Below are positions 52,819 to 63,028 of a DNA stretch of 64,000 nt, piece by piece. Each line of letters opens with the position of its first letter. Position 1 is the first letter of the stretch. The position numbers and the translations under genes were made by a program. Origin of the DNA: an uncultured bacterium (GTDB taxonomy: Bacteria; Verrucomicrobiota; Verrucomicrobiia; Limisphaerales; UBA8199); contig CAVVMW010000001.1 of NCBI GenBank assembly GCA_963749495.1, positions 192,001 to 256,000 of the forward strand, read 5' to 3'. Under the pieces are notes generated by a model. The model was not told the DNA's origin, searched no databases, and saw nothing but the letters and a program-made list of their open reading frames with translations.

Positions 52819-54679
52819 TCAGTACGCCGCCGGCATGCCGCGAGCGTCTGTGTGAAAGGCGAAGCTAAAGATCTTGATGCCTCTTCCCGCCTTTGTGAAT
52901 CCGCCCTGAAATCAGGTAGGCTTCTCCCGGCTCCAGAATAAGATTGGAAGGCAGCGTGAAGACCCTGTCGGGAGAGCATCTGTCTGGAAAAGCAATCGGA
53001 GCATTCAGAGTCAAATGCTCCTCGAATGAGTGAATCGGTTTGGGATCTGGCCGGCGGACCTGTGCGTGCAGAAAGCGCCGGGCTTTCTTCACGGTTGCAT
53101 CAACTGGCGCTTCGATTCCAAGATGACTGAAGTTCGGGGTCCAAATTCGCAGGAAGACCTCATCATTCGGAAGCATCTTGTGACCACGATCGAGAGGCGC
53201 TCGAGCGATGGCCGTCAGGGACTGGGCCCTTGCGCAGACCCATTCGGCGCCATTTTCTTGCGCTCGATAATCACGCACCCCTTGGAAACCATCAAAAAGA
53301 GCGGCCACCCGGTTAGCGGACGTGTCGCGGGTGGGGGCAAAGCTGCTCATGAGAATTCCGTTGGAGTTGAGGTCATCGAGCGCGCCATGCGTGCCCCCGA
53401 AGCGCACAAACTCGCTGCCTTTCTTGACCCACCATCCGGAGTGAACATAAGCGTTGTCCAGGCTGATGAGGATGTTCGCCGGGTTGAGGGCCGCCCTGGT
53501 GTGGCCGCGGACAATTCGCTCCAGCGCGAGCGGATAGCGATGGGCCAGGGTCTCAGTCATCCAGGCATCAGCCGTGGCAAAACCTCCGGCATCGAGCCGG
53601 TTCTTTCTGGAGAGCGATTCGACTACCGGGCGGTAGTTAATTGGGTCGCCGGTCCTGGTTGAATAGCGGAAAGAGTTCCTGGCAGCATTCCAGCAGATAA
53701 CGGCTCGTTCGCCCTTGGAATTGAGCACGACAAACTGGCCGGCACGATCCGGGTCCCGGGCCGTCAATACGTCCACGCCTTTCAGATGCGAAAGAAGCTG
53801 GACAAGTCTTTCGGTCTCGCCGGGCGAGTTGTGGATTTCCACCCATGACTCAATGCCGGCAGTGGGGAGAACAACGTCCTTCGGGTTTAGTATGGATTTC
53901 GTGAGCCGGTAGCCGGCCCTTTTCAGAAACGTCCGAATCTCGACTCGTTTGGCGGGGCCAGCATGATTGTTTCCGTGATCCGAGAGAATCAGGATTTCGA
54001 GCTCTCGCCCCTCGCGCGCCCGGTAGGTTAAGCGCAGTTCCTGGAGCTTCTCATCGAGCGTGCAAAGCATGGCCAGGATATCGGCGGATAGGTGCTGGGC
54101 ATCGTCCGGCGAACGAAGGTAGGCGTAGTAAGTGTCGCCCTGGTTGGTGGCATTGAGAAAGTTTTTGAGCAATTCATGCACCTCGTATTTGAATGTGCTG
54201 CGCGGAAAGATATAGCCCAGTGTGCGAAGGAAACCACCCGTCACCTGCCAGGTCATCTGTTTTTCGTACTCCATCGAGGTGGTGATGCCGTTCTGAAAAA
54301 TCTCCAAGTTCGCGGCCTCACTGAAATAAGTGCGCTGGTAGCCGGGCAGCGGGCGATTGCCGAGAATCTCGGTCCACGCGACGTCGCTGGCCGAGGGAAA
54401 GGTCGAGATAATGCGGCTGACGGGAAAGTATCCCTGATGGAAGGCTTGACGATGAAACTGCCTGCCCTTCAGGTCCTTGTAGGTGACGCCTTGCTGCAGG
54501 GCTTCCATGTCACGGTAAGCAACGCCATCAAGGGCCAGGACCAGGCGTTTGGGGAGCGAAGCCAGGCTCGATAGAGGGTGGGCCTGGAGAACCAACAGCG
54601 CCAGAAGCGCAAAACGGCTCGCGCTTCTGCTCCAGCCGCCTGGGAAACTGAAACCCGGGCCAGGATTCATGCGGCCCAT
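52819..54679 (-). CDS. Secreted alkaline-phosphatase-superfamily (phosphodiesterase/NPP-like) protein
   Basis: LALDGV, STFPSAS, DDAQH, LSDHG, GGTHG. A probable frameshift near 52885 moves the stop from 52865 to 52819. Confidence 0.75.
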
Positions 54680-54795
54680 CTTTAGCGGGCGCGGCAAGAT
54701 TTGTCCAAAGGTTTCTTCAATGGGCCCAAGAGGCGCGTTGGGAGTCATGCGGGCGTTGACAACTGCCCTGCGTTTGCAAGAATTGTCGCTGCCGT

Positions 54796-55281
54796 ATGCG
54801 TATTCCGGTTGGCCAGTTGTGCCGCCTTATTGCCGGGTCAGTCTTGCCGGCCATCCTCATGCCGTGCGGCGGTTGCCAAACGGCCACCACGTCTCTTTTT
54901 GCAGTCTCGGGGGCCGCCTGGCACGTCCAGCAAGGACAGGCCCTCTGGCGCCCTCGGCGAGGGTTTCCGGAACTGGGCGGAGACCTCGTGGTGGCCCGCC
55001 ACGAGGACGGCCGCTGTTTCATCCAGTTCGCCAAGACGCCGATGTCGCTGGTCTCGGTCCAGACCACCCCCACGCAATGGCTGATCCAATTCCCACCGCG
55101 CGGGTGGGCCTTCAGCGGGCACCGGCGGCCGCCGGCTCGCTTTGCCTGGCTTTATCTGCGCGCAGCCCTTGCCGGAGAACAGCTTCCTGAGTCGCTGCGT
55201 TTTGAGGCCAAACCGGAGGGAGGCTGGCGGCTGGAGAACACTCGTTCAGGAGAGACCCTGGAAGGCTTTCTCGCACCGTGA
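54796..55281 (+). CDS. Hypothetical lipoprotein
   Basis: Signal-like N-terminus ending GGC; its stop overlaps the next start (GTGA). Confidence 0.65.
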   Translation: MRIPVGQLCRLIAGSVLPAILMPCGGCQTATTSLFAVSGAAWHVQQGQALWRPRRGFPELGGDLVVARHEDGRCFIQFAKTPMSLVSVQTTPTQWLIQFPPRGWAFSGHRRPPARFAWLYLRAALAGEQLPESLRFEAKPEGGWRLENTRSGETLEGFLAP

Positions 55282-58200
55282 GTTTCTTCCTCAAACGCTG
55301 GTGGTGGGCGCTGCTCACTTTGGCGGTCTGTCTCGGGCTATGCCGGCTCCGCTTTGACGTGGACATCCTCAACCTGCTGCCGCCCGATGAGCCGACGGTG
55401 CAGGGTCTGAAGCTTTATCAAAAGCATTTCACCAACGCCCGGGAATTGGTGATCACCCTCCGCGCCCCGGAGGCTGAGCAGGCGGAGCGGCTGGCGAGCG
55501 CGATGGCCGCCCGCTTGCGCCACGAGACAAACCTGGTCGCGGGGGTATCCTGGCAGCCGCCCTGGACGGAAGACCCGGCGCAGATGGCCGAACTGCTGGG
55601 CTGTCTCTGGCTCAATCAACCGCCGGAGGCCTTCGGAGCGCTGACCAACCGATTGGAGCCCGGCCAACTGAAGGCCGTGCTGGCCCAAACCAAGGAAGAA
55701 CTCAGGACCTCCGTGTCGCCGCTGGACATGGCCCGGCGCGCCTTCGATCCCTTCGACCTGCTCGATATGCCGGCACTGACCAATCTGAGCGGCCTCTCGA
55801 CGGGACCGGGGCAGCAGATGTTCGCTTCCTCGGAAGGGAACTTTCGCTTGTTGTTCGTGCAATCCGCCATCAATTTGGCCAGTTACCGGTCGTGTGAGAG
55901 TTGGCTGAAATCCATCCAAGTGGTGGTGGACGGCCTGCGGGCCAAGGGCTCGAAAGAGGAGTGGGCAGGCGTCGTGGTTCACTATACGGGACGGCCGGTT
56001 TTCGTGGTCGAAATCGCCAGAAGCATGCAGCACGACCTGAGCGGTTCGGTGGTTGGGACCTCTGCGATCATCGCCTTGCTGTTCTGGCTGACGCACCGGC
56101 GCTGGCTGCCGATGCTCTGGCTCTTGACGCTGCTGGCGTTGATTCTTGCCGCGACGCTGGCGCTAGGCGGGTTGGTGTTGGGAACGATCAGTGTCGTAAG
56201 CGTGGGGTTTGCGGCCGTGCTCCTGGGATTGGCGGTGGATTATGCCGTAGTTCACTACCAGGAGGCGCTGGCGCACCCGCAACTGACAGTGCCGGAAATT
56301 CGGCGGGCCATCGCGCCGAGCATCCTCTGGGCCGCCATCACCACGATGAGCGCCTTCCTGGTGCTGAACCTGGGCGGATTGCCCGGCCTGGCCCAACTGG
56401 GCACACTGGTAGCTATCGGGGTCGGCCTGGCAGCGCTGGTTATGGTGATGATTTACCTGCCGCCGCTTTTTCCCGAGCGCCGGAGGCCTCGTCCGGACCA
56501 AGCTCCGGCCCGCTGGTTTTCTTATTTCATCCCGCCCAAAGCGCCCGATGGGAGGATTGGCCTGCAACCGGCCTTGGAACCCACCCGGGACGAGAGACGG
56601 GCCTTGTGGCTTAACGCCGGCTGGAGGCCGGGACTCCCGCTAATGTTAACCATTTTCATATTGCTCACCGCCTGCGCCATATTGTCCGTCCGCCGGCCAG
56701 GGCTGGATAGGACGGGGAACGCTCTCCGGCCGCAACGCGGCGAAGCGGAGACGGCGCTGGACGAAATCAAGTCCGAAATGGGGCTGCCGCCAGATCCCCT
56801 CTGGCTGATCATCTCCGGCCGGGAGGAACCCGAGGTGTATCAGCGCCTCACCTTCGCCGAGGGATTGCTCAAGCGCGCGGTTTCGCATCGCAGCATCGGC
56901 GGGTATCTGCTGCCGACCGCGCTCTGGCCGCGGGCCGAGGTGCAGGCTGCCAACCGGGGGACTGCCGCGGTGTTGGGGCGGCAAGGCGCAGTGTTGCGGG
57001 AGGCGGCCTTCCGTGAAGGCTTCCGCAGCAACGCTCTGGTCCTGACCGAGGAATTGGTGCGGACCTGGGCGCGCGCCGGCGCCGGCACCGGTGTGCTTTG
57101 GCCGACCAACGCGGCGAGCCAATGGCTGCTGAAACGGTTCGTCGCGCGGACTCCCGGCCAATTGCTGGTGATGGGCCTTATCTATCCGGCGACGAACCGG
57201 GTTGATGCCTTGGCCCTGGCCGATTTATCTTCCCGGTTGTCACAAAACCAGGCCTTCCTTTCCGGGTGGGAATTGCTCGGAAGCACAACGCTCAAGCGGG
57301 TGCAAGGGAGATTGTGGCAGGTGGTGGCGCCGATGGTGGTTCTGGTGCTGGCTTCTCTCTGGTTGGCTTTCCGGCGCCCGACCGAGGTCCTTCTGGGCCT
57401 GGGGGTCCTGCTGCTGAGCGGCGTGTGTTTGCTGGCGGCGATGGCCGTGGCCGGTTGGTCCTGGAACCTGCTGAATCTGATGGCCCTGCCGCTGATGTTG
57501 GGCACGGGGGTGGATTACACAATCTTCATGCAATTGGCCCTGCGGCGGCACGGCGGGGATCTGCGCCTGGTTCGACGCTCCATCGGGCGGGCGCTGTTGC
57601 TGTGCGGGGGCACGGCCATGGCCGGGTTTGGCTCGTTGGGTTGTTCCAGCAATCCCGGCATGGCCAGCCTGGGCAAGGTGTGTGCCGTCGGCATTGGAGC
57701 CAATATGCTCTTCTCCGTGTTCCTGCTCCCGGCGTGGTGGGTGGCGTTGAGTCGAACCTCCAAAGTCCGCAGTCCCGAGTCCAGAGCCGGAGGGCGTGAC
57801 GAGAGCCGAGTGTCTGGCGGCACGGAAGAGCACGCAACACTTGCCTCACGCCCCGGCACCCGCCGCTGGGCCCCCTCTGCTTTTTACTGCGCCGGCCTGT
57901 GGCGGCTCGGCTTGGCCATGGTGCGACTCCTGCCAACAGGGTTGATAAAAGGATCGGCCGTGGTGGTGGCGGAAGTCTATTTCCTGTTCTATCGGCAGCG
58001 CCGCGAGGTGGTAGTGCGGAATTTCCTGCCCGCCTTCGCTGGTGACCGGTTGGCAGCAGAAAGAACCGCCCACAGGCTCTTTCGTAATTTTGCTTTGAAA
58101 CTGGTGGATCTATGGCGCGTCGAGAGCGGAGTGCCAGTGCGAGACTGGTTGACCGACTCTTGTGAGTTGGAGATTATCCGGGCTGCTCGCGAACGCGGAC

Positions 58201-58748
58201 GCGGCGTCATTTTCGTCACACTCCACCTCGGCAACTGGGAGCATGGTGGTTTGTTGCTGGCTCAACTGGGCATCCCGTTGACAATCCTGACCCAGGCCGA
58301 ACCGGACGACGGCCTGACCGATCTTCGTGCCGCGTTGCGGAAGCGTTGCGGGGTGGAGACGTTGATCGTCGGCCAGGACAGTTTTGCCTTCATCGAGGTC
58401 ATCAAACGACTTCAGGCTCGAGCCGCCTTGGCGCTATCCTTGGATCGACCCCCTGCGCGGGGTGGTGTCGCGGTCGAATTGTTCGGCCGGCCGTTCGAGG
58501 CGCCGGCGGCCGCGGCGGAGTTGGCCCGGGCGTCGGGCTGCGCGTTAATTGGGGTGACAATCGTCCGCCGGCCAACAGGCTACGCCGTGAAAGTGCTCTC
58601 CGAGTTCACCTATGACCGCAGGGCGTTGGGCAATCGCGAAGCCCGCCGAGAACTGACCCAGCAAATCCTGCGTGCATTCGAGCCGGCAATTCGCCAGGAT
58701 ATAGACCAATGGTATCAATTCGTTCCCATCTGGCCAAACGACAAGTAG
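55278..58748 (+). CDS. MMPL/RND family transporter fused to a lipid A/lysophospholipid-type acyltransferase
   Basis: Two MMPL halves (GLAVDY; GTGVDY); C-terminal VTLHLGNWE, LSLDR, VELFG, APAAAAELA, DQWYQF, all in one open frame. Confidence 0.88.
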   Translation: MSFFLKRWWWALLTLAVCLGLCRLRFDVDILNLLPPDEPTVQGLKLYQKHFTNARELVITLRAPEAEQAERLASAMAARLRHETNLVAGVSWQPPWTEDPAQMAELLGCLWLNQPPEAFGALTNRLEPGQLKAVLAQTKEELRTSVSPLDMARRAFDPFDLLDMPALTNLSGLSTGPGQQMFASSEGNFRLLFVQSAINLASYRSCESWLKSIQVVVDGLRAKGSKEEWAGVVVHYTGRPVFVVEIARSMQHDLSGSVVGTSAIIALLFWLTHRRWLPMLWLLTLLALILAATLALGGLVLGTISVVSVGFAAVLLGLAVDYAVVHYQEALAHPQLTVPEIRRAIAPSILWAAITTMSAFLVLNLGGLPGLAQLGTLVAIGVGLAALVMVMIYLPPLFPERRRPRPDQAPARWFSYFIPPKAPDGRIGLQPALEPTRDERRALWLNAGWRPGLPLMLTIFILLTACAILSVRRPGLDRTGNALRPQRGEAETALDEIKSEMGLPPDPLWLIISGREEPEVYQRLTFAEGLLKRAVSHRSIGGYLLPTALWPRAEVQAANRGTAAVLGRQGAVLREAAFREGFRSNALVLTEELVRTWARAGAGTGVLWPTNAASQWLLKRFVARTPGQLLVMGLIYPATNRVDALALADLSSRLSQNQAFLSGWELLGSTTLKRVQGRLWQVVAPMVVLVLASLWLAFRRPTEVLLGLGVLLLSGVCLLAAMAVAGWSWNLLNLMALPLMLGTGVDYTIFMQLALRRHGGDLRLVRRSIGRALLLCGGTAMAGFGSLGCSSNPGMASLGKVCAVGIGANMLFSVFLLPAWWVALSRTSKVRSPESRAGGRDESRVSGGTEEHATLASRPGTRRWAPSAFYCAGLWRLGLAMVRLLPTGLIKGSAVVVAEVYFLFYRQRREVVVRNFLPAFAGDRLAAERTAHRLFRNFALKLVDLWRVESGVPVRDWLTDSCELEIIRAARERGRGVIFVTLHLGNWEHGGLLLAQLGIPLTILTQAEPDDGLTDLRAALRKRCGVETLIVGQDSFAFIEVIKRLQARAALALSLDRPPARGGVAVELFGRPFEAPAAAAELARASGCALIGVTIVRRPTGYAVKVLSEFTYDRRALGNREARRELTQQILRAFEPAIRQDIDQWYQFVPIWPNDK

Positions 58749-59437
58749 CGCCGGTCCCGCGCGCATTGCGGTGCTGCCTTTGGACGGTGTTGTGTCTGGC
58801 GGCTCCCCTCGCGCTGGCGGCTGACGCTGCCAAACTCGATGGGCTTTTCGGCCACTGGTTTGCGGTGCAGACCAACCTGCAGAGTTGGTCGGCCGACTTC
58901 ACGCAGACCCGCTCGCTCAAGGTGCTGGCTGAGCCGCTGGTCGCCACGGGCAAGGTCTGGGTGGCGCCGGGCCGCTTTCGCTGGGAACTGGGCCAACCGG
59001 CGCAGACCATCGTGGTGCGCCAGCCCGGCCAACTGCTCATCATCTACCCGCGGCTCAAACGGGCCGAGAAATATCCACTCAGCGGCGTGCCGCCCGGCCC
59101 CGCGAGGGACGCGCTTGCGCTGCTGGACGCCAGCCTCCCCCGGGATCGAGCCTCCATGGAAGATCACTTTCGCCTGTTGTCGGCGGCAGAAACGAACGCG
59201 ACTTTGCAGGTGATGCTCCAGCCCAAGAGCGCCTCCGCCCGCAAATTCATCAGCGAGATCCTGATCGGCTTTCGCACCAACGATTTCTCGATCGCAGTGA
59301 CCGAGATGAGATTCGCTGACGGCTCCAGCTTGCGCAACGATTTTGCCAACGTGGTGCTCAACCCGCCGATGGATCCGGCGAGGTTCCAGGCCCAGTTGAT
59401 GCCGGACTTTACCGTGGTGGAACCGCTCCACCGATGA
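58709..59437 (+). CDS. LolA-like outer-membrane lipoprotein carrier family protein
   Basis: SWSADFTQTRSL, TGKVWV.PGRFRWE. The start is uncertain. Confidence 0.8.
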   Translation: MVSIRSHLAKRQVAPVPRALRCCLWTVLCLAAPLALAADAAKLDGLFGHWFAVQTNLQSWSADFTQTRSLKVLAEPLVATGKVWVAPGRFRWELGQPAQTIVVRQPGQLLIIYPRLKRAEKYPLSGVPPGPARDALALLDASLPRDRASMEDHFRLLSAAETNATLQVMLQPKSASARKFISEILIGFRTNDFSIAVTEMRFADGSSLRNDFANVVLNPPMDPARFQAQLMPDFTVVEPLHR

Positions 59438-59442
59438 CCTTT

Positions 59443-59907
59443 ATGCCTGACTTGCTGCAAGACGCCCTTAAATCGCTGCCCCACGGCCCGGAATTCCGCT
59501 TTGTGGACCGGCTGCTGAGCTTAGTCCCGGGCAAGAGTGGGGTGGGCGAATACTTGGTCCGGGGTGACGAATATTACCTGCGGGGCCATCTTCAGGGCGA
59601 ACCGCTCTTTCCGGGCGTGCTGCTAATCGAGGCTGCTGCGCAAGTGGCCGGGATGGTGGCACAGAACGACCCCGATTTTCCCGCTTTTCAGGGTCTGAAG
59701 CTCACTGCGCTCCGCGCCGTCAAGCTCCTCGGAACGGCCCGGCCCGGGGAAACGGTGTTGATTGAGGCCTCGATCACTGGCCGGTTAGGTCACTTAATCC
59801 AAGCCAAGGCTACGGCCTCCGTTTCAGGCCGCAGAGTGCTGTCCGCCGAGCTTACCTTGAGCGGCAACGCGCCCAAGCCCGCCGGAGCACAGACTCCAGC
59901 TCAGTGA
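59443..59907 (+). CDS. FabA/FabZ-like 3-hydroxyacyl-ACP dehydratase
   Basis: LPHGPEFRFVD, GHLQGEPLFPGVLLIEAAAQ, ARPGE. Confidence 0.88.
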   Translation: MPDLLQDALKSLPHGPEFRFVDRLLSLVPGKSGVGEYLVRGDEYYLRGHLQGEPLFPGVLLIEAAAQVAGMVAQNDPDFPAFQGLKLTALRAVKLLGTARPGETVLIEASITGRLGHLIQAKATASVSGRRVLSAELTLSGNAPKPAGAQTPAQ

Positions 59908-59923
59908 ATTGGAGAACTCGACA

Positions 59924-60658
59924 ATGGGTCCGCCGCCTGATTATCGTTCCCGCTCCTTTGAGTTCGAGCGGGACACGCTTACGTTTGCCAACGAACTTGT
60001 GTGGCGATACAGCTTTGACCCCACGACCGGGGCAATGTCGGTTGCGCGCACGCATCCGGCCCCCACCTACTCCCATCGCTGCTTCGTGCTGGTCAGATCG
60101 GTCCGGCAATTCTTCTACCACGCCCATTTCGAACGGAGCCTGCCGGAGGTGGAAACGGAGGTTTATCGCGGGCTCATTCATCAAGTTGTCTCCCGCAATC
60201 CTCGCCGGAGGAGCGCCCAGCGGGAACGGATCGTGATCCCTGGCTACGAGTGTTTGCGCGCCTTTTGCCAAGCTCACGAGCCTCTGCTCAAAGGGGAGTG
60301 CGGCGGACCTTGGCAATCTTATTTTCTGCGCAGCCACTGGCGCATGGTCTTCCCGGTTTGGAGACGGCACCAGGAAAGGATGGCACGACAACTGCAGCAA
60401 GCGGTGCGTCAAGGGTCGGCGCCCACAGTGCATCTCTTCCGGTTTCCCCGGGTTAGGATAAACCACGGGCTCCTGTTGTTTGGAATGGCGGAGTCGGAGC
60501 GGGAGATCCGGTTCGAGGCTTACGATCCGAACACTCCCGCCCACTCGGCCAAACTCATCTATGACCGGGCGTTGCGGGCCTTTCGCTTTCCTGCCGCCTC
60601 CTATTGGGCCGGGGGAACGGTGAGCGTGATCGAGATCTTCCGCGGCGGGCTTTATTAG
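59924..60658 (+). CDS. Hypothetical protein
   Basis: ORF of about 244 aa within the operon; C, NH and YDPN residues loosely suggest a papain-like Cys-His-Asp fold (weak). Confidence 0.7.
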   Translation: MGPPPDYRSRSFEFERDTLTFANELVWRYSFDPTTGAMSVARTHPAPTYSHRCFVLVRSVRQFFYHAHFERSLPEVETEVYRGLIHQVVSRNPRRRSAQRERIVIPGYECLRAFCQAHEPLLKGECGGPWQSYFLRSHWRMVFPVWRRHQERMARQLQQAVRQGSAPTVHLFRFPRVRINHGLLLFGMAESEREIRFEAYDPNTPAHSAKLIYDRALRAFRFPAASYWAGGTVSVIEIFRGGLY

Positions 60659-60690
60659 AGATCGTTAAACTGCTCACTAAGTCGCATCAA

Positions 60691-61075
60691 TCACTTCGCG
60701 CCTCGCACCTCGCGTTCCCCGCTTCCTCGCCCGGACGGCCGCCAGAAGGCGAAGCCAAAAAAAAGGGTGCCGCACAGGTTGATACCCAGAATGTAGCCGA
60801 TCTTGTAGGACCGCCCCTCGTTGGCCGGGGCATAAATCGCGACATCCTTCCCCATCAACAGCGCCGGCAGAGCGGCCAGGCATTACAGCTCCATGAATCA
60901 CTCCAAGGTGAAAGCCGGCCACGCGCCCGGGGCCGTAATACCGGGACGCCATCCAATCCTGGCCCAAACCGAGGAGCAATGCCAGCAGCACCAAGCCGGC
61001 GGTTTTGACCACCACTTCCCGCGCGCTGGGGTAAGGGCCGGAGCGCACGGTTTGTTCTGGAGGCGGAGCTGTCAT
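60691..61075 (-). CDS. Small membrane protein (frameshift near 60878)
   Basis: AGFHLGVIHGAVMP|AALPALLMGKDVAIYAP..YKIGYILGIN read across two frames. Confidence 0.6.
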
Positions 61076-61239
61076 GTGACGTAGCTTGCCCGGGCATCGT
61101 AACCGCAAGCAAGCATATAGTTTCCGGGCTTGCTCTGAGGCTGGATGTTGGGCAGTCTTGGAGCAGAGTTTTGGCAGTGCTGGCGGCGGACCCCGCCAAA
61201 TTCCAGCACTATCAAGCATTGAAGCGACAACATCCGCGC

Positions 61240-62565
61240 ATGGCGCACAAGCTTCTCATAATCCAGCCATCCCACTATGGCTCGAAGGCGGACCGCACTG
61301 TGTTCAAGGCCCGCCATCGGGACGTGGTGCCTTTGACTTTGCCCTATCTGGCTGCCCTGACCCCGCCAGACTGGGAGATCACACTCCTGGATGAACAGTT
61401 GGACCCGGTCGGCTTCGATAACCGTTTCAACCTGGTCGCCATCAGCTCCTCCACTCTAAACTCGTACCGCGCTTACGACATCGCCGATGAGTTCCGCCGG
61501 CGTAGCGTGCCCGTCATCATCGGCGGGCCCCATACATTCTTTCACGCCCAAGAAGCGAGCGAACATTGCGATGCCGTCGGCATTGGCGAAGCCGAAACCA
61601 TCTGGCTGAAGATGCTGGGGGACGCTGTTCATGGACGGCTGGGGGGCCTTTACCGAGCCGACCCGCTTGCCGACCTGGCCGGCCTGCCGCTGCCGCGTTA
61701 CGACCTGTTGAATCTCTCACGCTATCGCCCCTTCAGGACATACACTGTCGTCTCGTCGCGGGGTTGTCCGTTCCGGTGTGAATTCTGCTCCGAACGGTTC
61801 TTGCTGGGTGAGAGTTATCGTTGCCGGCCGGTGCCGGACGTGATCGAAGAAATCAAACGCTGCCGTTCCCGGAGCATTTTCTTTGGCGACAGTAATTTTG
61901 GAGGCAAGCGGAGCCACGCGATGGAACTGATGGAGGCAATGGTTCCGCTCCGGGTGCGATGGTCAGCGCTTTGGCCCGCCTATCTTTGCTGCGACGACAC
62001 CTTCATGGACCTGGCCCAGCGGAGCGGCCTGTTGCACCTCAACATCGGCCTGGAGAGCCTCAGCCCGGAGACGCTCGCCGGGATGAACAAGAGCTTCAAC
62101 AAGACGCTCAAGTACGGTGACATGCTGGCCAACCTGCGCCGGCGGGGTGTCAGCTATTCCTTGAATTTCATTTTCGGCTGGGACGGCGAAGTCCAGAGCG
62201 TGTTCGAGGCGACGCTCAAGTTCCTTCACGAGCACAAGGTCCCGGCTGCCTACTTCAACATCCTGACCCCCGTAAAGGGCACTCCGTTCTACGAGCGGAT
62301 GCAGAGCCAGGGCCGGATTCTCGACGAAAAAGAAATCGACCGCTGGCCGGGTCAAATCTGCCACGTCCGCCCGCCGTACGGAACTCCAGCGTCGCTCGAG
62401 AACCACGTTCGCCGGCTTTACCGGGAGTTCTACAGCCTGCCTTCAATCGTTTCTCGTTTGCCCATGCCATTGACTCAGGCCAGCATCGCCTCTTGGGTCA
62501 TCAACTTTTCCCAGCGCAGCATGGCTCGAGCCGAACAAGCCCGTAATAATTTTGATGGCTACTAA
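61240..62565 (+). CDS. B12-binding-domain radical SAM protein
   Basis: PLTLPYLAALTP, IGGPH, GEAE, SRGCPFRCEFC (CxxxCxxC), IGLES, TPVKGTPFY. Confidence 0.92.
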   Translation: MAHKLLIIQPSHYGSKADRTVFKARHRDVVPLTLPYLAALTPPDWEITLLDEQLDPVGFDNRFNLVAISSSTLNSYRAYDIADEFRRRSVPVIIGGPHTFFHAQEASEHCDAVGIGEAETIWLKMLGDAVHGRLGGLYRADPLADLAGLPLPRYDLLNLSRYRPFRTYTVVSSRGCPFRCEFCSERFLLGESYRCRPVPDVIEEIKRCRSRSIFFGDSNFGGKRSHAMELMEAMVPLRVRWSALWPAYLCCDDTFMDLAQRSGLLHLNIGLESLSPETLAGMNKSFNKTLKYGDMLANLRRRGVSYSLNFIFGWDGEVQSVFEATLKFLHEHKVPAAYFNILTPVKGTPFYERMQSQGRILDEKEIDRWPGQICHVRPPYGTPASLENHVRRLYREFYSLPSIVSRLPMPLTQASIASWVINFSQRSMARAEQARNNFDGY

Positions 62566-62652
62566 GGCCCCGTCCCTGCGCTCTGAGGGGCGAGTTGGGG
62601 TTCACCGCAGCCGAGCGGAGGCGGCGCTGCCTGGCTTTGCGAAGTTCCACGC

Positions 62653-62682
62653 TTGACCCGTTTCCAAGGACTCTGCCATAAT
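62653..62682 (+). promoter_or_regulatory. Putative promoter upstream of the ACP gene
   Basis: TTGACC-18bp-CATAAT with an extended -10 TG. Confidence 0.45.
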
Positions 62683-62739
62683 CCCTGACGTGACCGGAAA
62701 CGACAACCATTGCCTTACCCGTCCTGCGGCAGCCGGCCT

Positions 62740-63015
62740 ATGACCTCGCCAGCGGACCCCCAAAGCATCGGCCGGCAGCTCTGCCAGTTCGCGCGCACGA
62801 ATTTTGTGGCCGACGGAACAGCTTTCGATGAGCATAGTCCTCTGGCTGAGGCCGGCATCGATTCCTTTCAGTTGTTTGAAATGCTGCTCTATGCCGAGCG
62901 CACTTTTGGCGTCCGGGTGCCGCCGTCGCATCTGACGCGTAACAATCTGGCTTCGGTCGCCACGATGGCCCACTGCATCGCCGAGCTGGCCCGCAACGGC
63001 CAGTCATCGCCCTGA
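62740..63015 (+). CDS. Acyl carrier protein
   Basis: LAEAGIDSFQLFEML..AERTFGVRVP; DS phosphopantetheine attachment site. Confidence 0.88.
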   Translation: MTSPADPQSIGRQLCQFARTNFVADGTAFDEHSPLAEAGIDSFQLFEMLLYAERTFGVRVPPSHLTRNNLASVATMAHCIAELARNGQSSP

Positions 63016-63028
63016 GCAGCCGGTCCCC

